A stretch of DNA of 64,000 bases from the human T2T-CHM13v2.0 reference genome, Homo sapiens: NCBI RefSeq assembly GCF_009914755.1, contig NC_060933.1. One strand, 5' to 3'. A program made the translations under genes and the position numbers. The first letter of the stretch is position 1, and the number at the start of each line of letters is the position of its first letter. This document shows positions 44,330 to 59,025 of the stretch, piece by piece. A model generated the notes under the pieces. That model worked only from the letters and a program-made list of their open reading frames with translations, ran no database searches and had not been told where the DNA came from.

Positions 44330-44336
44330 TGTGTGT

Positions 44337-44375
<39 letters not shown>
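44330..44375 (+). repeat. (TG)n microsatellite
   Basis: About 22 TG units with one AG interruption. Confidence 0.95.
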
Positions 44376-44378
<3 letters not shown>

Positions 44379-45644
44379 ACAGTATACATCTCTGTGTGCG
44401 TGCACATATATCAATAAATAATCCCATAATCCCTCTGCTGTGTGTGGCCTCCCCATCTGACCACCCACCTGTCTGTGTTTACCCCACTAGTCTACACTGA
44501 AGTCAGGGCCCCACTGCTCAAGCTCTACACAAGCAGTTCAGTGTCATGGCCCAGTTTCTCCATGCAGGTGCCACTCACAGTGAGCTCCATGCCTCAGCCA
44601 CCTGCCCTTGGTCCCTGACTCCCTTGACCCCCAGGAGAGCCAGTTCTGTCTCTGCCTGCCATCACTGCCCATCTCCCCATGGCCGGGAACATGCCTCTTC
44701 CCACGGCCCTGTGCTTGGAGCCCGGATGCTGTATTTTATCCCATTTTATCTCCCAGCCCCCATGAGAGTGAGGCTCCCTGGTGAGGAAGGCTTGGTGTCT
44801 TCAGGGAGCTGTAAAGGAGATATCTTTGCCTGGGTGTGCCACTCTCTTCTCACGGCACACCAGTGTCCCACCCACCCAGTGTGCTGAAGGCCTTCCTTAC
44901 CTGGGGAAGTTTCCTACTCAGGGGATTCTCTGCACTCCCATTTCCCAGAGGGTCCCAAGTCCTTCGGACATTTTTGAATCTCACTTGTGGCTTAAGTTCT
45001 TTTGAGTGGGGTCTTAGGAAATTCAGGCCAGACGACTGGACTCCAGTTTATGTGACCCTGAGAACTTAGTCACAATTAAGATGGTTCTGTCTGCCCGGAG
45101 CACACAGAGGCCCCCTGGGAACCAACACACAACTCCACATCCCACCAACTCTGAGTCTCAAGTCATCCAAGACGCTCCCTCTCTCTTGTAAAATGAGTTT
45201 TACTCTATTGTATCTTACTGCCTTGCAGCTCTGAACTCCCGTGACTCCCCAGCAATACCTAGGGGGAGGAACAGCAAAGTATTAGAAAGGCCTTCCTTGG
45301 ACTAACTGGTGTAACCGGGAAAAAAGGTATAAAGCCTGTGACAATTCTAAACACCCTGGCTGTATACAATAACTCCAGATTTGGAAATATGACATAGCCT
45401 GTGTTTTTGGCTACTACTAGTAATTAAACCTGGATCTGTTTCACCCGAAGCAAGAGCACTAGTGGGCCTGGAAGAGTGAATGCAGAGCCGTGTGGCTCTG
45501 GGCTCACTGTGCGAAAACCCAGAGCCCTCCTTCCAGCAAGGGAGCTTTGCTGCACCAGCACTCATGACACCCAGGGCTTTAGCCAGTTAGAGTCACATTG
45601 TGCAACTGACATGCCCATTCTCCCAGGCCAGAGTGACTGCTGGA

Positions 45645-45997
45645 TGTATCACTTCTCTACTGCTATGAGAGAAACCACCTCAACGCCTAGAGACTTAAAA
45701 TGACGACAATCGATTATCGCTCTTGATTCTGAATGTTGGTTTCTCCACTGGTTCACCTGGGCTCGCTCACATGGCTGCATTCAGCTGGAGGGTCAGCTGG
45801 GCTGAAAGGTCCACTTGGAGGTCAAGCCTTGGAGATCACATAACCCCACCTCTGATGCAGTCTGTTGGTCAAAGCAAGCCACATGTCATGCCCTAATTTA
45901 AGAGGAAGGAAAACAGATTCCACCTCCTGATGGAAGTCGTGGCACAGTCACATCACACGAGATCATGGGCTAAATTGATGCAGCCATCTTTGGAAGT
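45645..45997 (-). mobile_element. MLT1H-like MaLR LTR
   Basis: ctgttggtcaaagcaagccaca...acagattccacctcctgatggaag...gcagccatctttggaa. Confidence 0.65.
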
Positions 45998-46189
45998 GGT
46001 TGGAGTAGCAACACAGGTGTGAAGTCCTCCTGACCACTCCTGGCTTTATGGGGAAGACCTTGCAGGAGAGGCCTACATTCCTCTCTGGACAAAGGCCTTC
46101 TTTGTAGGAAGAAAAAAAAAAGGAAAAAAGGACTCTGACATCTTTGGTTTGGGGCTCAGAATGGAGTTTCTGCCTCTAACTAGTTACAA

Positions 46190-46670
46190 CTATCTAGGTT
46201 GCAAGTGACAGAAACCCCATTCAAACTAGCTTCAGCCAAAAGGAGAAACATTACTGTGATCGTGGATCCCAGTGGCAGGAAGGCAGCAGCCTTGGGCACT
46301 ATAGGAAGCAGAGGCTCCATGCCCCAGGACTCTCCTTGCCTCTGCTTCCTGTTTCTCTGGAGCCCTGGCTTCCTTCTCTCTGGCTGTGGAGTGCATTCCT
46401 CCCTGTGGTGACAAATACAGCTCCCAACAGCTCCAGATTTTACAACTATTGGCGAGAAATAGACCCTGTCTCCTGTGTAGTTTCAAATTCAAATATATTG
46501 GGGAAAGAATTCATTAACAATGAGTTCAGGGCTTGTCTGTAGAGCAGTGAACTATGGGCAGGGGCAGGGCCAGGCGATACTATCAAAGCTGCCATGGAGC
46601 CATGTTGGTGGAGCGTGGCAGGGCATCTCGAGGGAAGGTGTGAGCAGGCAAATCCATGGGCATCCACTCA
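46190..46670 (-). mobile_element. Old MLT1 (K/L-like) LTR
   Basis: ggttgcaagtgacagaaaccccattcaaactagctt. Confidence 0.55.
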
Positions 46671-46749
46671 ACAACCTCAGAGTGGACAGGCGGGAGTGGC
46701 TAGAGGGACAAAGCCCAGGGGCAGGCTGCCTGTGCTGGGGTCTCCATTT

Positions 46750-47370
46750 CACCACTCGTTAGCTGAGTGTCATTACTAAATCCTCTGTGCCTCCATTTCC
46801 TCATCTCTGAAATGGGCATAAGAGTTCTTATACAGTTTGGAGGATAACAATGCATTCATAGTTCATATATGTGTTATAGTTTTGATATGTGTCCCCTCCA
46901 AAACTCCTTTTTAATTGAATCCCCAGTGTGGTAGCATTGAGAGGTGATTGGGTCACAAGCGCTCTGCCCTCATGAATGGGTTAATTCATTCGTGGATGAA
47001 TGATGAATGGATTACTGGGTTAATGGACTGATGGGTTATTAGGGAGTGGAATGGGTGGCTTTATAAGAAGAGGAAGAGAGACCTGAGCTGGTGCTCTCAG
47101 CCCCCTCATCATGGGATGCCTTGCACCACCCTGGGGCCCTGCAGAGTCCCTGCCAGCAAGAGGGCCCTCACCAGATGCACCCCCTAGACTTGGACTTCCC
47201 AGCCTCCAGAAATGTAAGAAGTAAATTCCTTTTCTTTATAAATTACCCAGTTTCAGGTATTCTACTACAAGCAATAGAAAACAGACTTAAAATAATATGC
47301 GAATGAAGTCTTCTCAAAGAATGCTTGAGTCCATAGCGTGTGCTCACAATGTGTTAATTGTTAGTAATAA
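46750..47370 (+). mobile_element. MIR interrupted by an MST LTR
   Basis: ctctgtgcctccatttcctcatctctgaaatgggcataa core; 3' part resumes after 47300. Confidence 0.6.
46872..47294 (+). mobile_element. MSTC/MSTD-type MaLR LTR
   Basis: ctctgccctcatgaatgggttaat...ggccctcaccagatgc...ctttataaattacccagtttcaggtattc; TSD ATATG. Confidence 0.85.
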
Positions 47371-49271
47371 GAGGAACAGAGTTGATTCTACTGATTACAT
47401 TGATATGCTATGATGCAATATATAGAAGTCCAGAAAAGTCTTTTTTTGTTTCCTGGAACCGAAATGATTAATTTGGGGGAAAATGTATATTAAGGGTCTT
47501 TTGTCTACCTCAGAACTGCTCCCCGGGCTTTCACAGGGGAGGTGTTCCCGGACCTCTTTTATGCACGGATGCACTTGGGGGGACTGCCCCATGCCAGCCA
47601 CTGCTCTGCAGATGCCATGAGGAATGGGGGCCGACTCCCTGCAATTGAGTGCTGGGGCATATGCCGGGTTTCACATGTAAATGTGCTTTTCTAGGAAAGT
47701 AAAGTTTTCTCAGGCCTAAGGTTGTGTCAAACACAGCAATTTAAAAAAATGTCACAGGAGATGGCCTGAACTAGATTTTGGGCTGCACACCACAGGAAAC
47801 CTTCACTTCTGGTCTATTCAAATAGTTATTTTCTTCAATTTTCCAAAATTCCCTCAACTTCTGCCACCAACCGTCCACCCAAAATTAATCTCCTTTATTC
47901 TGCTGTGGGTCAAAGGAAGGGAAGGAAGATTTCCTGAGTGATTCTTTGGGCAAATGCCATAGACCTAACTCTGCACTCAGGTGCGACTCGTACATACTTT
48001 GTCTCCATTTCTCTTCTCCATTTCCAAAATGAACTTTCCTGGAATCATCTTGGTGAAGAACAGCCTTTATCTCTGGAGAAGGCGCTCCCAGAACACCTCC
48101 CATGTTTTACTATCCTCACCGGGCCACCAAGGCCTCCGAGGGCCAAGTCCAGGGCTCCCAAAGTAAGCAGGACCCACAGACCCCCATGCCCCCTTTGGGG
48201 ACAGCTGAGGGGGGCTGGGTGTCCCTTTAGGAAAATATTTGAACACAGCCGGTGCCCTCCTTCCTGCCACCCATGTGGTTGTGTTTTTAAATATGGCTTG
48301 AACTTGAAGCAGTTTCCATTTATAAAAATTCCTTTGCAAAATGTTCTTTCCAATAACAATATTCCCATGTGTGCCTTTGCTTCTGATATTTTTCTTATAA
48401 ATTAATCTGCTAAAACAGAGTCCTCTTGGCCTTTGGCTTTTGGTGTCCGCAAATGATCCCGCCCCCACCCTGCGGTTTTGGGACCTCCTGCTTTGGCTCT
48501 GGGACCCAGAAAGTTTAGACCGCCTTCTTTTCATTCCTGGGAGCTTATCTTACAGGGTTTCCACAGTCTGTGCAGTGCTGAGGGCCAGATGTGCGGCAGC
48601 GGCCTCCACACAGCCTCCAAGGCTGCTGGCCCCAAGCAAGCCCAGGCAGGTGGCCTCCAGGGGCACCGCACATGCCCCTCCTGCTCCTTCCCACCACCTT
48701 CCACCTCTGGGAAAAGAAAAGACAGGCTGCCTTCTTACTTTGTGTCCTCAAATACCAATGACCCCTGCTGCCAGGGTTCCCGATTTGGGCTCAACATAGG
48801 CGTCACATTTCAAAATCCCTGAGCCAGGCTCCACCCATGCCCATCAGAGGGGACTCCATAAAGGAAGGACCCCAACAGGAGGGTTTTTGGAAGCTCTCCG
48901 TGACTCCGATGTGCCGCTGAAGTTGAGAACTTGTCCTGGAGGACACCCCCAGCACCCCAGCCAGCATGCCCAGGAACTTGCCAATAGCTGATCAGCCCAG
49001 TAGGGATTTGATCACGGGACTGGGCTTCTCCCCCTGGCAGAGGGCTTCTCTCTGCCACATGAGGATTTAGTCAAGTGCGGTGGCTTTGTAACTGGAACTG
49101 TATAATATTACTCACTTCCAAACGGTGGCAGGCTTAGAGAGATGACCCAGTGACCATTACGAAATGCCTGCAATCACTGCTGTGACATCTAGAACCACAA
49201 ACCAATTTATGTTTGATTTTGTCAATATTGCATTTTTCTAGTACGAAGAAAAAATGAGGCACAAACAAATT

Positions 49272-49379
49272 TAAATACATATACATAGATACACATATGT
49301 GTGTACAATATATATGTATACATGCATGAATGTGAGTAAATATATAAATTTCAATATATACACACAATATGTAAATACT

Positions 49380-49422
<43 letters not shown>

Positions 49423-49440
49423 CTGTACACACACACATCT
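49272..49440. repeat. AT-rich (TA)n/(TACA)n low-complexity tract
   Basis: Includes a pure (AT)n run at about 49388-49416. Confidence 0.9.
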
Positions 49441-49591
49441 AGAAATGATTCCAGAAGGACATGGGCTTGGGTTCGAATTTTGGAAAGGAAGACTGATACT
49501 TTAATACTCCTTTCCAGAAGCAACAAGGGTCTTTAGTGGGAATGCTGGGGGTTTTATAGAAAGAAAAATCATAGTGAGATGGGCTTAATCA

Positions 49592-49936
<345 letters not shown>

Positions 49937-51289
49937 TTAAGCATGGAAATTCATTTTGAAACATGAGGAGTGTGGCAGGCCCCCCTGAAGGACTCCTGGT
50001 CTAGGGGCCCTGAGATCTGGCACGCTCCTCGATGGCAGGGCCTTCGTGTTCCTCTGGCTCGCTTGTCTGGCAACCACCCAGCATCTGACCAGTGCTCCTG
50101 CGATATTTGCTAGAAACAAATAAATGAAACCCAATACTTTTGAATTTCCATAACAACATTTATCAACTAGGTTTCAAGTTTAGAGGTACATTTCAAAATA
50201 TTATTAGTGTTAAGCCCCCTCTCCCCTCCCCACTCACATACACACCTTCCCACGGTTCCTTCAACCCATTTAACTGGCTGTTTCCTCCCTGATTCCTTTT
50301 TTTCTAAAGAGCTATCCTGACAAAATCACTGAAACACCTTGATCTATAATGGCAAAAACAATTTGAAAAGACAGTGAGAATAAAGAACCTTTTACTGGGT
50401 TCTGATATGAAGGGGTGTGACAGTAGTTTTTCTGAGGTATGAGCCTCTCCATAAAAGAGTTGTCCAACTGGCTACTTCCTACCTATAAATGGGCATTTCA
50501 GGGAGACAGGGAAGCTGTACACACACACACATTTATGGAGGAAAGATATTTTAAATATGTTTCAACCAATAATAATGTAAAAATACCCAGGAGACTTGTG
50601 ATGTGGAGCCAGAAGGAGTCTATGAGGTGAGGTTATGTCTGCCCCAGTCCCCTTTGAAGCACTTAGAAATGTGACGAATATAGAAAAAAACCAATAATCC
50701 AAAAAGGTGGGAAAGGGGTAGGGAAGTCTTTACCCTCCATGACTTGGGCAAGCTCTGTGTTTTGAAGGAAAAGCAAAGTGTGAGTCTAAGTAAGAAACAT
50801 TTTAGCACTTTAAGGCAGGGGAGGTTTGCAGTGCTAGAGAGAGCCGAAATTCTTTTGAATCATAACATTTCACAGCACTACGAGAACACCCAAGATTTTG
50901 CATACTAGGTTAACTAAGCCAATTATACTTCGTTACATTGTAATAAAAAGTCTTTATCTCTTGAGAAAACTCAAGCGATTTCTTGTTGAGTGCTGTGTAG
51001 GTCTGATGGAAACCCTTCAGCTTCCTGTCTGAATTGGGACTGAAAGGCTGGCAATCAGAATTGAAGAGACCTGATTTTCTGGGCAGAAATGTATGGGTTT
51101 TTAAATGCCCTGTCCGCCTCTACAGATCTGCTTATGTCATCCACAACTTGCAAATAAGACATGCTCAGCAGTTTACAAATGGGTTGTGTGCAACTTAGGA
51201 AGCATGCTCGGTTCTGTATGCTTGAGCCCTGACCTACGCGACGTATTCTATGCTTCCACATCACTGAACTCACCATTCTGCTAGCTGGC

Positions 51290-51595
51290 TCTGTCTGCCA
51301 TGCCTTGGTGCATTTGCCCATGTGGTGACCTCTCCCTGGAATTGCCTTCCTCTACTTCTCCACTGAACAAATACTCAGTCTTCTTTCAAAACCTGGTGTC
51401 ACCTCTACTCTGAAGCCTTGCCTGATCCCACGAATAGATGTCCTTGTCCTGCTCACAGAGCATGTAAGCGCACTTACGTGTTATTATGTATCTTTCCACA
51501 TGTCTTCCTGATCAACAGGCTGTGAAACCCTTCAGGGCAGGGATTATGCTTCATTCTTCTCTGTATGTCTGGAGCCTGGACCAGCACCTCTTGGG
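51290..51595 (+). mobile_element. L2 3' fragment
   Basis: tgtcacctctactctgaagcctt...ctgtgaaacccttcagggcagggattatg. Confidence 0.6.
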
Positions 51596-51981
51596 TTGTT
51601 GTTCTAGGAGTAATCAAGCAGGAAAGTTCCAGCAAAAAGAAATTCCAGTAAATGAAGGAAAAAGACATGGAACCCAGGAAATAGTGCCTACAACCCATGA
51701 GAGTGGTAACAGCAAGTCCAGGAATAACAGCTGTGCTGCGGACCCTGATATCAGCCATAGGCGAGGAGGCCTTTGTGAGGAAGAAAGGGAGAATACCTGA
51801 TATGATGGAGACTGCAGAGACAGGAGGGCAGAGAGGCTGAAGCTGTGATGATGGCAGATAGTACAAAAACAAAGCCTATTCACAACTCTAGGAAAAACAA
51901 ACTTTATAAGAAAAGAAATGATTTATTTCATGGAGCTAGCGTAAACAATACCCACATAGTCATAAAAATAGAAATTTTGAG

Positions 51982-52245
51982 GGCCAGGCACGGTGGCTCA
52001 TGCCTGTAATCCCAGCTTTGGGAGGCCAAGGCAGGCAAATCACGAGGTCAGGAGTTCAAGACCAACCTGGCCAACATGGTGAAACCGTATCTCTACTAAA
52101 AATACAAAAAATTAGCTGCATGCAGTGGCAGGTGCCTGTAATCCCAGCTACTTGGGAGGCTGAGGCAGGAGAATCACTTGAACCCAGGAGGTGGAGGTTG
52201 CGGTGAGCTGAGATCATGACAGAGTGGGACTCCATCTCAAAAATA
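51982..52245 (+). mobile_element. AluS with a ~22-bp deletion in the right arm
   Basis: gagatcatgacagagtgg lacks ccactgcactccagcctggg; TSD atagaaattttga. Confidence 0.9.
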
Positions 52246-53579
52246 CATATATATATAGAAATTTTGATTCTTAATTTAACGACAATAGTGATATATCTGT
52301 ATCAGGACAGAGGTGGCAAGGACATAGGTAACTAAGTTAGGGCCAACAAAGTCTGCACCAAAGTTGTTGGTAGGACTTATGAACATGCTCCCTAAAAGGT
52401 CAAAAAACACTTGAGATATCCCCCTTTTCCTTTCTCCTGCCTCTTTCTTGCCAGATGTGGGGACTTCAGGGTTGCTACGGCGGATCCATAATCATTTGGG
52501 TCCAATTTCCTTCCATCTTTCTGCTCCTCACGTATGGATTCTCTTATGTGAGAGAGAAACAAATCTTTATCTTGTTTAAGCAACTTTTGCTGGCTCTCTG
52601 TGCTGGCAGCTGAACATAATTTCTATCTAATATAAGACATGGAGCTTATTATTTAGAGATATGGAGCTAACCATCCAAAGAAACACAGGCCTCTCAGCTG
52701 TGCTAGACAACTTGGGGCATGTACAGGTTGGAGGGTCTGTGGGAGGCAGAGGCACACTGTTGATGCATGTGCACCCCATGCTGAGGGGTGACCAGTGACC
52801 AGGCTGAGAAAGCCAGGCTGAGTCAAGGAGTGCCTCCTCCCAGCAGCAGCTTTGCCTAATTCCTAATAGGATGCATGTGTCTGGCCATCGATTTAAACAG
52901 CAGTTTGGATTATGGAATGATTGTTTCGGCAAACTAGGCTGGACACTGCTGATTGAACCCCAGAGCTGACACTCTTCTATCTCCTCACTCCCCTCCCCTC
53001 TCCTGCTTACATTCTCTGCTGAGTGCTCAGCCTTTTGCAGTTCCCACTATCCCCTGCAGGGACACTGTGAATGGTTGTTCAAGTCATGCACTGAACTAGT
53101 CATTCATGTGATTATTTTTTTTACTTAAGAGAGGGATTCCTTTTTCTAAATCACAGAAAGCCCCTGTATGGACTGGGATCCCCCTTTCTCCCATTGCCCT
53201 TAAATAAAATCCAAAATGGCCTGCCCCCACCGACCTCACTAAGCCCATGGTGACCTCCCCTTGTGCACATCACCCTAGTCATAAGGCACTTCTCTTCCTT
53301 TCTCACATGTATCAGACCTCTTTCAGTCTTGGGGCCCTTATGTTTGTTCTTCTCTCTGGAATGTTGTCCTCTAGATTTCCATTAATCGGGTTTCTGCTCA
53401 ATATCATGTCTCCACCAAACCCTCCCAGACGGCTCCACCCAGTGTTGCCTTTTCTGTAACCATCCTGTTACACCGTTTTATTTTCCTGATAACACTTATG
53501 GCCATCTGACATTTGCTTGTTTCTTTACTTGTTTGATACTTGCCTTCCTCGTTAGTGTGTAGGCTCCATGAGGACAGGC

Positions 53580-54068
53580 TGTGTCTGGGACAGGTTGGAC
53601 TCCCAAGGAAGCAGACTGTCGGAGACAAGGATGGAGATTTACCAGGGTGTACTCTCAGGAACCCCATCTTGGGAAGGGAAGAGAAGGGAAGGGAATAGGA
53701 CTGGGCAGGAGGGAAAGCACATCACAGCCAGCTCACCAGAAACATCAGCCAGCCCTGCAGAGAGTTCTGAAGGTGGGCTATCCCTGCAGGGAGTTCTGAG
53801 GGTGGGCTATCCCTGCAGGGAGTTCTGAGGGTGGGCTATCCCTGCGGCCTTGTCCCAGGTCAGCACACACACCGCTGGGCTTTGTGCTCCTCATTGGTCC
53901 TTCACTGGTGCTGGGCTGCTCTCTAAATGCGCTGTGATCTTGAGGGAAGCAGCTCCCTGTGGCTCAGGCAGTCCGCAAAAAGGCTGACAGCTGAGGACTC
54001 CCTGCTAGCAACGTCCTCAGCAGTGTCCTTCCTTCAGGGTGACCTGGGGGGCACATCAGAGCATCCAG
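53580..54068 (-). mobile_element. LTR16-like ERVL LTR
   Basis: aggttggactcccaaggaagcagact...aggactgggcaggaggga...gacctggggggcacatca. Confidence 0.6.
53753..53845 (+). repeat. 29-bp tandem repeat, 3.2 copies
   Basis: ccctgcagggagttctgagggtgggctat at 53753, 53782 and 53811, partial at 53840. Confidence 0.95.
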
Positions 54069-54869
54069 CATGTCTATCTTGCCCATCACTACACCTCAAG
54101 TGTCCACAACATCCTTGGTCCATAGGAGGTGCCCAGTAAGCTTTTGATAGATGACTAAGGGACATACAGGCCTTGGTGGCTTGAGGGTCACCCGTCTCCT
54201 TCAAGCACGCATTGCATATGACTGCTCCACACCACTGTGTTTCAATCTTATATTTTAATCCCTGAAGGACGTGTTACTTCCTAAATTTTGGTGCAGATTA
54301 TCAGACAGGGGACAGATCACTGTCCCAATTGCCTTACCACCAAAACAGAGAGCCTGAGAGAGGCAGACATCTGATCAGCCCCCAGCCCACTCCCTGGGCA
54401 CTCTCTCTGCCCATGCTGGGGGCTGCTGGCCCCCACAGCTCTGCCGCGCCCTGACTGTGGGACTGCCCCCACAGAACGCAAAGCAACGGTGCCTCTCTTT
54501 AGGGGTCCCCGTGGCAAGTCTTCACTAAACTGTGGCAGCCTCTCAATCTGACGCCTCTACCTCCTGAAGAATATTCTGTTGTCACACAGCCCTTCATTCA
54601 GCACAGATGACTCGCCCCAGAACACAATACAGGCCTCCTTCACCGAGGACAGCTTCTTTAGGCAGATTTTAACATTTGTGCAATGAAGATTAATTTTACG
54701 TTGAAAACTGTAGAGTGTTAAGCTTGAGAATTTGAAATATATCTTATTGAGACGAGAGGGCTAGAAACTGTCCCAGGGTCATGAGGGCAGAGCATCCTTT
54801 TTAGGGCGAGCTCTCTACAAGCACCAGGTCGCCACAGCAGCTCCTCTGCGGCTATGCATTCGCCATTCT

Positions 54870-55251
54870 TCCCTGTGTCAGCCGTGGTGCTGTTGACAAA
54901 GTTTCTTTTCCCATATCTTCCAGAACTTGATAGGCTTGACCTTCTCCACGCCTTTGAAATCATCGCACATGTGATTTGTTCTTGCAGTGAAATGTGAGTG
55001 GGAAAGACGTGCACCATTTCCTGGAGGAAGCTTTGAGGACCAGTGCGTGCTTTGAAAACCAGAACTGCCAGTTCTTGTCCTGCTTTTTCAATGGTGATAA
55101 CATATCTCAAGTTGGCATGCCCTCAGCTGGGCCTCTGAGTAACTGGGAGGCTGACGTGCAAGGGAGCAAAAAGCAAACCTTGGCTGTTTAACCACAGATG
55201 TGCAGGATTTATCTGTTACTAAAGCATTACCTAGACTGTCCTGACCAAGCA
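54870..55251 (+). mobile_element. MLT1I/J-like MaLR LTR
   Basis: catgtgatttgttcttgcagtgaaatgtgagtgg...ggaagctttgagg...tgttactaaagcattacctag. Confidence 0.6.
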
Positions 55252-55800
55252 GTACCCTCCCTCCTCTCTCCTTCCCTCTATCTCCTACTGTTTTTCTCCC
55301 TCCCTCCCCTCTCACTTCTTTTTCACTCTAATCACCTTGGTAAATCCAGATTGACCCTTGGATGCTGCTTTCAAAGTGCCTCACACATGTTTTGTGGCCT
55401 CTTCCAGTTATCCTCCTATCTCTTCCCAGCCACCCCTGGGATTGTCTTTGCCACCCTGAGAGATCTCAAGTTTCCGCAGCTTGTCTGCATCCTCCAAGTG
55501 TTCACACCTCGGCTCCTCTGGCCCTGGCTTCCCAAGCCCCTCTCTCGGTGCCCACCTCTCACGCCAATCCTGCTTCTGGACATAGCCCAAAGGGAAGAGG
55601 CAGCTCACTGGAGCAACTTCCCAGCCATTCCCTGTCCGATCTCACACTTCCCCTCCCTTCCCCTCATTAATCTCAGAGGAATATATTGTCCTAAAGGCAG
55701 ATAAAAAGAGAGCTGTCTTGCTTTAAAAGTCATGCTTATGACTAGACAATTTCTTTTTCCAGTTTCCTGCCCTATTCTTGACTTCAATGCATGGCTCTAA

Positions 55801-56178
<378 letters not shown>

Positions 56179-56797
56179 CCAATTTTCTGTAAAATATGAT
56201 TCAAAGCTCACTTTATTTAGGAGCCGTTTCAGGACCGCATGAATCCACTCACTCCACCGGGGTGGCCTCGAGTGGAGCTGTTCAAGGGACTGTGTTACTG
56301 CGGTCTTGGTGGTGAGCTCCTTTGTCAGTGCGTTCTTTGGATCTCTATGCTGCCTTTTCAGACTAGATTTTGCTTAGGAATAGCAAAAAGTGCTCAGGGT
56401 TGACATACAAGGGGATAAATTAATCTTTCACTGAGAAATATTAAAATAGCTTACTTTAAAGCAATAAAGAAGCCATTTAATTGGAACCTTCTCGGAGACC
56501 AAATCTCCTGTGTCTTCAGGAGGCTGCCACACTGGTAGATCTGTACATCCTCAGCATCCAAATAAGGACTTTAAACTAGGTCAGGAGACGTATTTTCTGA
56601 GGCAAAACTTTCCATTATTTTCAGCGAGTTCCTTTCACAGAAACCAGTTTGACACGGTGGTTTCATTTTGCAAGCTGGTTGATGTTGGATGATATTACTC
56701 ATCTGTTTATCCATTTGTTTTTAAAAAGCACTCAATAAACACGGGAACATGGCACTCTGTCTAATGTGAAGTATGCAAGGGGAAATAGAAGCTGTGA

Positions 56798-57125
<328 letters not shown>

Positions 57126-57492
57126 TGCTTCTGTGAAACTTGATGTTTAATTATTTAAACAAGAGGAGGAGGGAAAAGGAAAGGCAGCTTCCAGGGGCAG
57201 CTACTCTGAGACCAGGCAGGACTGGACATTGAATTTCACCACATTCACATTTGGCTTCTTAGTTCTTTAAGCTATCAGAGCAGCAGTCAAGACGCAAAGC
57301 CAGTGGCGGGCACCTGCTTACTCAACTATGTACACAGTGGAAAATTGTGAGGAAAAGCTGCACGTTTCCTTCCCGTTGCCTTTTCCACTGCATTTTACTC
57401 TAGCTAACACCATTCATAGCTTCCATGGATTGAAGATCCTAGACACAAACTGGGGCAACTGCCTGGTCTACCAGGATTTCCTTAACCCTCTG

Positions 57493-58499
57493 TGTGGGCG
57501 GCAAGCCACCCAGGTGCCAAGGCAAGAGACCGAGGGCACGAGCTGTTCCAGTATAATAAAATATATAAAACAACAAGAGTTATACTAGATCTCGAGCATA
57601 GACATGATTATATATGAATATCATTAATCATTAGTTTGTAGCAATTACTCTTTATTCCAATATTATAATAATCCTCACTCTATAATCATAACCTAGGAAA
57701 AACCAGGCCATACAGAGATAGGAGCTGAGGGGACACAGTGAGAAGTGACCAGAAGACAAGAATGCGAGCCTTCTGTTATGCCCAGACAGGGCCACCAGAA
57801 GGGCTCCTTGGTCTAGCGGTGACGCCAGCGTCTGGGAAGATGCCGTTGCCAGGCGGACCGTGGTCTAGCGGTAGCAAAAAGTGTCAAGGAACAACACCCG
57901 CTACTTAGCAGACCGGGAAAGGGAGTCTCCCTTTCCCCGGGGGAGTTTAGAGAAGACTCTGCTCCTCCACCTTTTGTGGAGGGCCTGACATTAGTCAGGC
58001 TTGCCCGCAGTTATCCCGAGGCCTAACCGTCTCCCTGTGATGCTGTGCTTCAGTGGTCACACTCCTAGTCCGCCTTCATGTTCCATCCTGTACACCTGGC
58101 TCTGCCTTCTAGATAGCAGTAGTAAATTAGTGAAAGTACTAAAAGTCTCTGATATGCAGAAATAATGGCGTAAGCTGTCTTTCTCTTTGTCTCCTCTCTC
58201 TCTCTGCCTCGGCTGCCAGGCAGGGAAGGGCCCCCTGTCCAGTGGACACGTGACCCACGTGACCTTACCTATCATTGGAGATGACTCACACTCTTTACCC
58301 TGCCCCTTTTGCTTTGTATCCAATAAATAACAGCGCAGCCAGACATTCGGGGCCACTACCGGTCTCCATGCATTGGTGGTAGCGGTCCCCCGGGCCCAGC
58401 TGTCTTTTCTTTTATCTCTGTCTTGTGTCTTTATTTCTACACTCTCTCGTCGCCGCACAGGGGGAGAGAGCCACCGACCCTGTGGGGCTGGTCCCTGCA
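57493..58499 (+). mobile_element. LTR13 (ERVK-class) full-length solo LTR, 1007 bp
   Basis: tgtgggcggcaagccacccagg...ggggctggtccctgca; perfect 6-bp TSD CCTCTG at 57487-57492 and 58500-58505; AATAAA at about 58322. Confidence 0.9.
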
Positions 58500-58924
58500 C
58501 CTCTGTCTCTATTTGAAAGGTGGGCATGTGACCCAGCCAAAGGTAGTCATGGTACATCCCGTCTCTGGCCACAGCGAGGGGCAGAGAGGTGAGCACACAT
58601 TTCAGATGGGGCTCCTCAAAGACCTCGGGGTCTGCTGAATGAAGAGACGTCCATTCCTCTCTACCTGTGAAGCTGTTGAGACAGGGGTCTGGAGTGGCTG
58701 GGGCCATGGTGGCAGGTTTGTGGATGGCGAGGACGAAGACAACACACCCAGGGGACCAGTAGGCCTTCCCAGCTCCCACACCCACCCTGCCCTCCTCTTG
58801 GCTTGTCTACACTGTAGGTAAAGCAACCCCCTGCTTTTTTTTTTTTTTTCCCATAAGTTCAAACTGGCTTCTATCACTTCCAACTTAACAATATTAATTA
58901 ATTGTAAAGGCCAACAAATGCTGA

Positions 58925-59025
58925 ACATTTTACACATAGTCTCATTTAATCCTCACCAAAAAATCCTCTTAGGTTGATATTATTAAGTCCATTTTACAGA
59001 TAAAGAAATGAAAATGCCAGGAGAT
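58925..59025 (-). mobile_element. MIR fragment
   Basis: tctcatttaatcctcac...ccattttacagataaagaaa. Confidence 0.7.

Larger units (their letters stand above)
53190..54160 (+). mobile_element. L2 3' fragment, interrupted by an LTR16-like element
   Basis: aataaaatccaaa...tgtaggctccatgaggacagg [insert] tgtctatcttgcccatcact...taggaggtgcccagtaa. Confidence 0.65.

Noticed and set aside
58057-58785. 242-aa minus-strand ORF
   Set aside because: Mostly antisense LTR13 plus old LTR sequence
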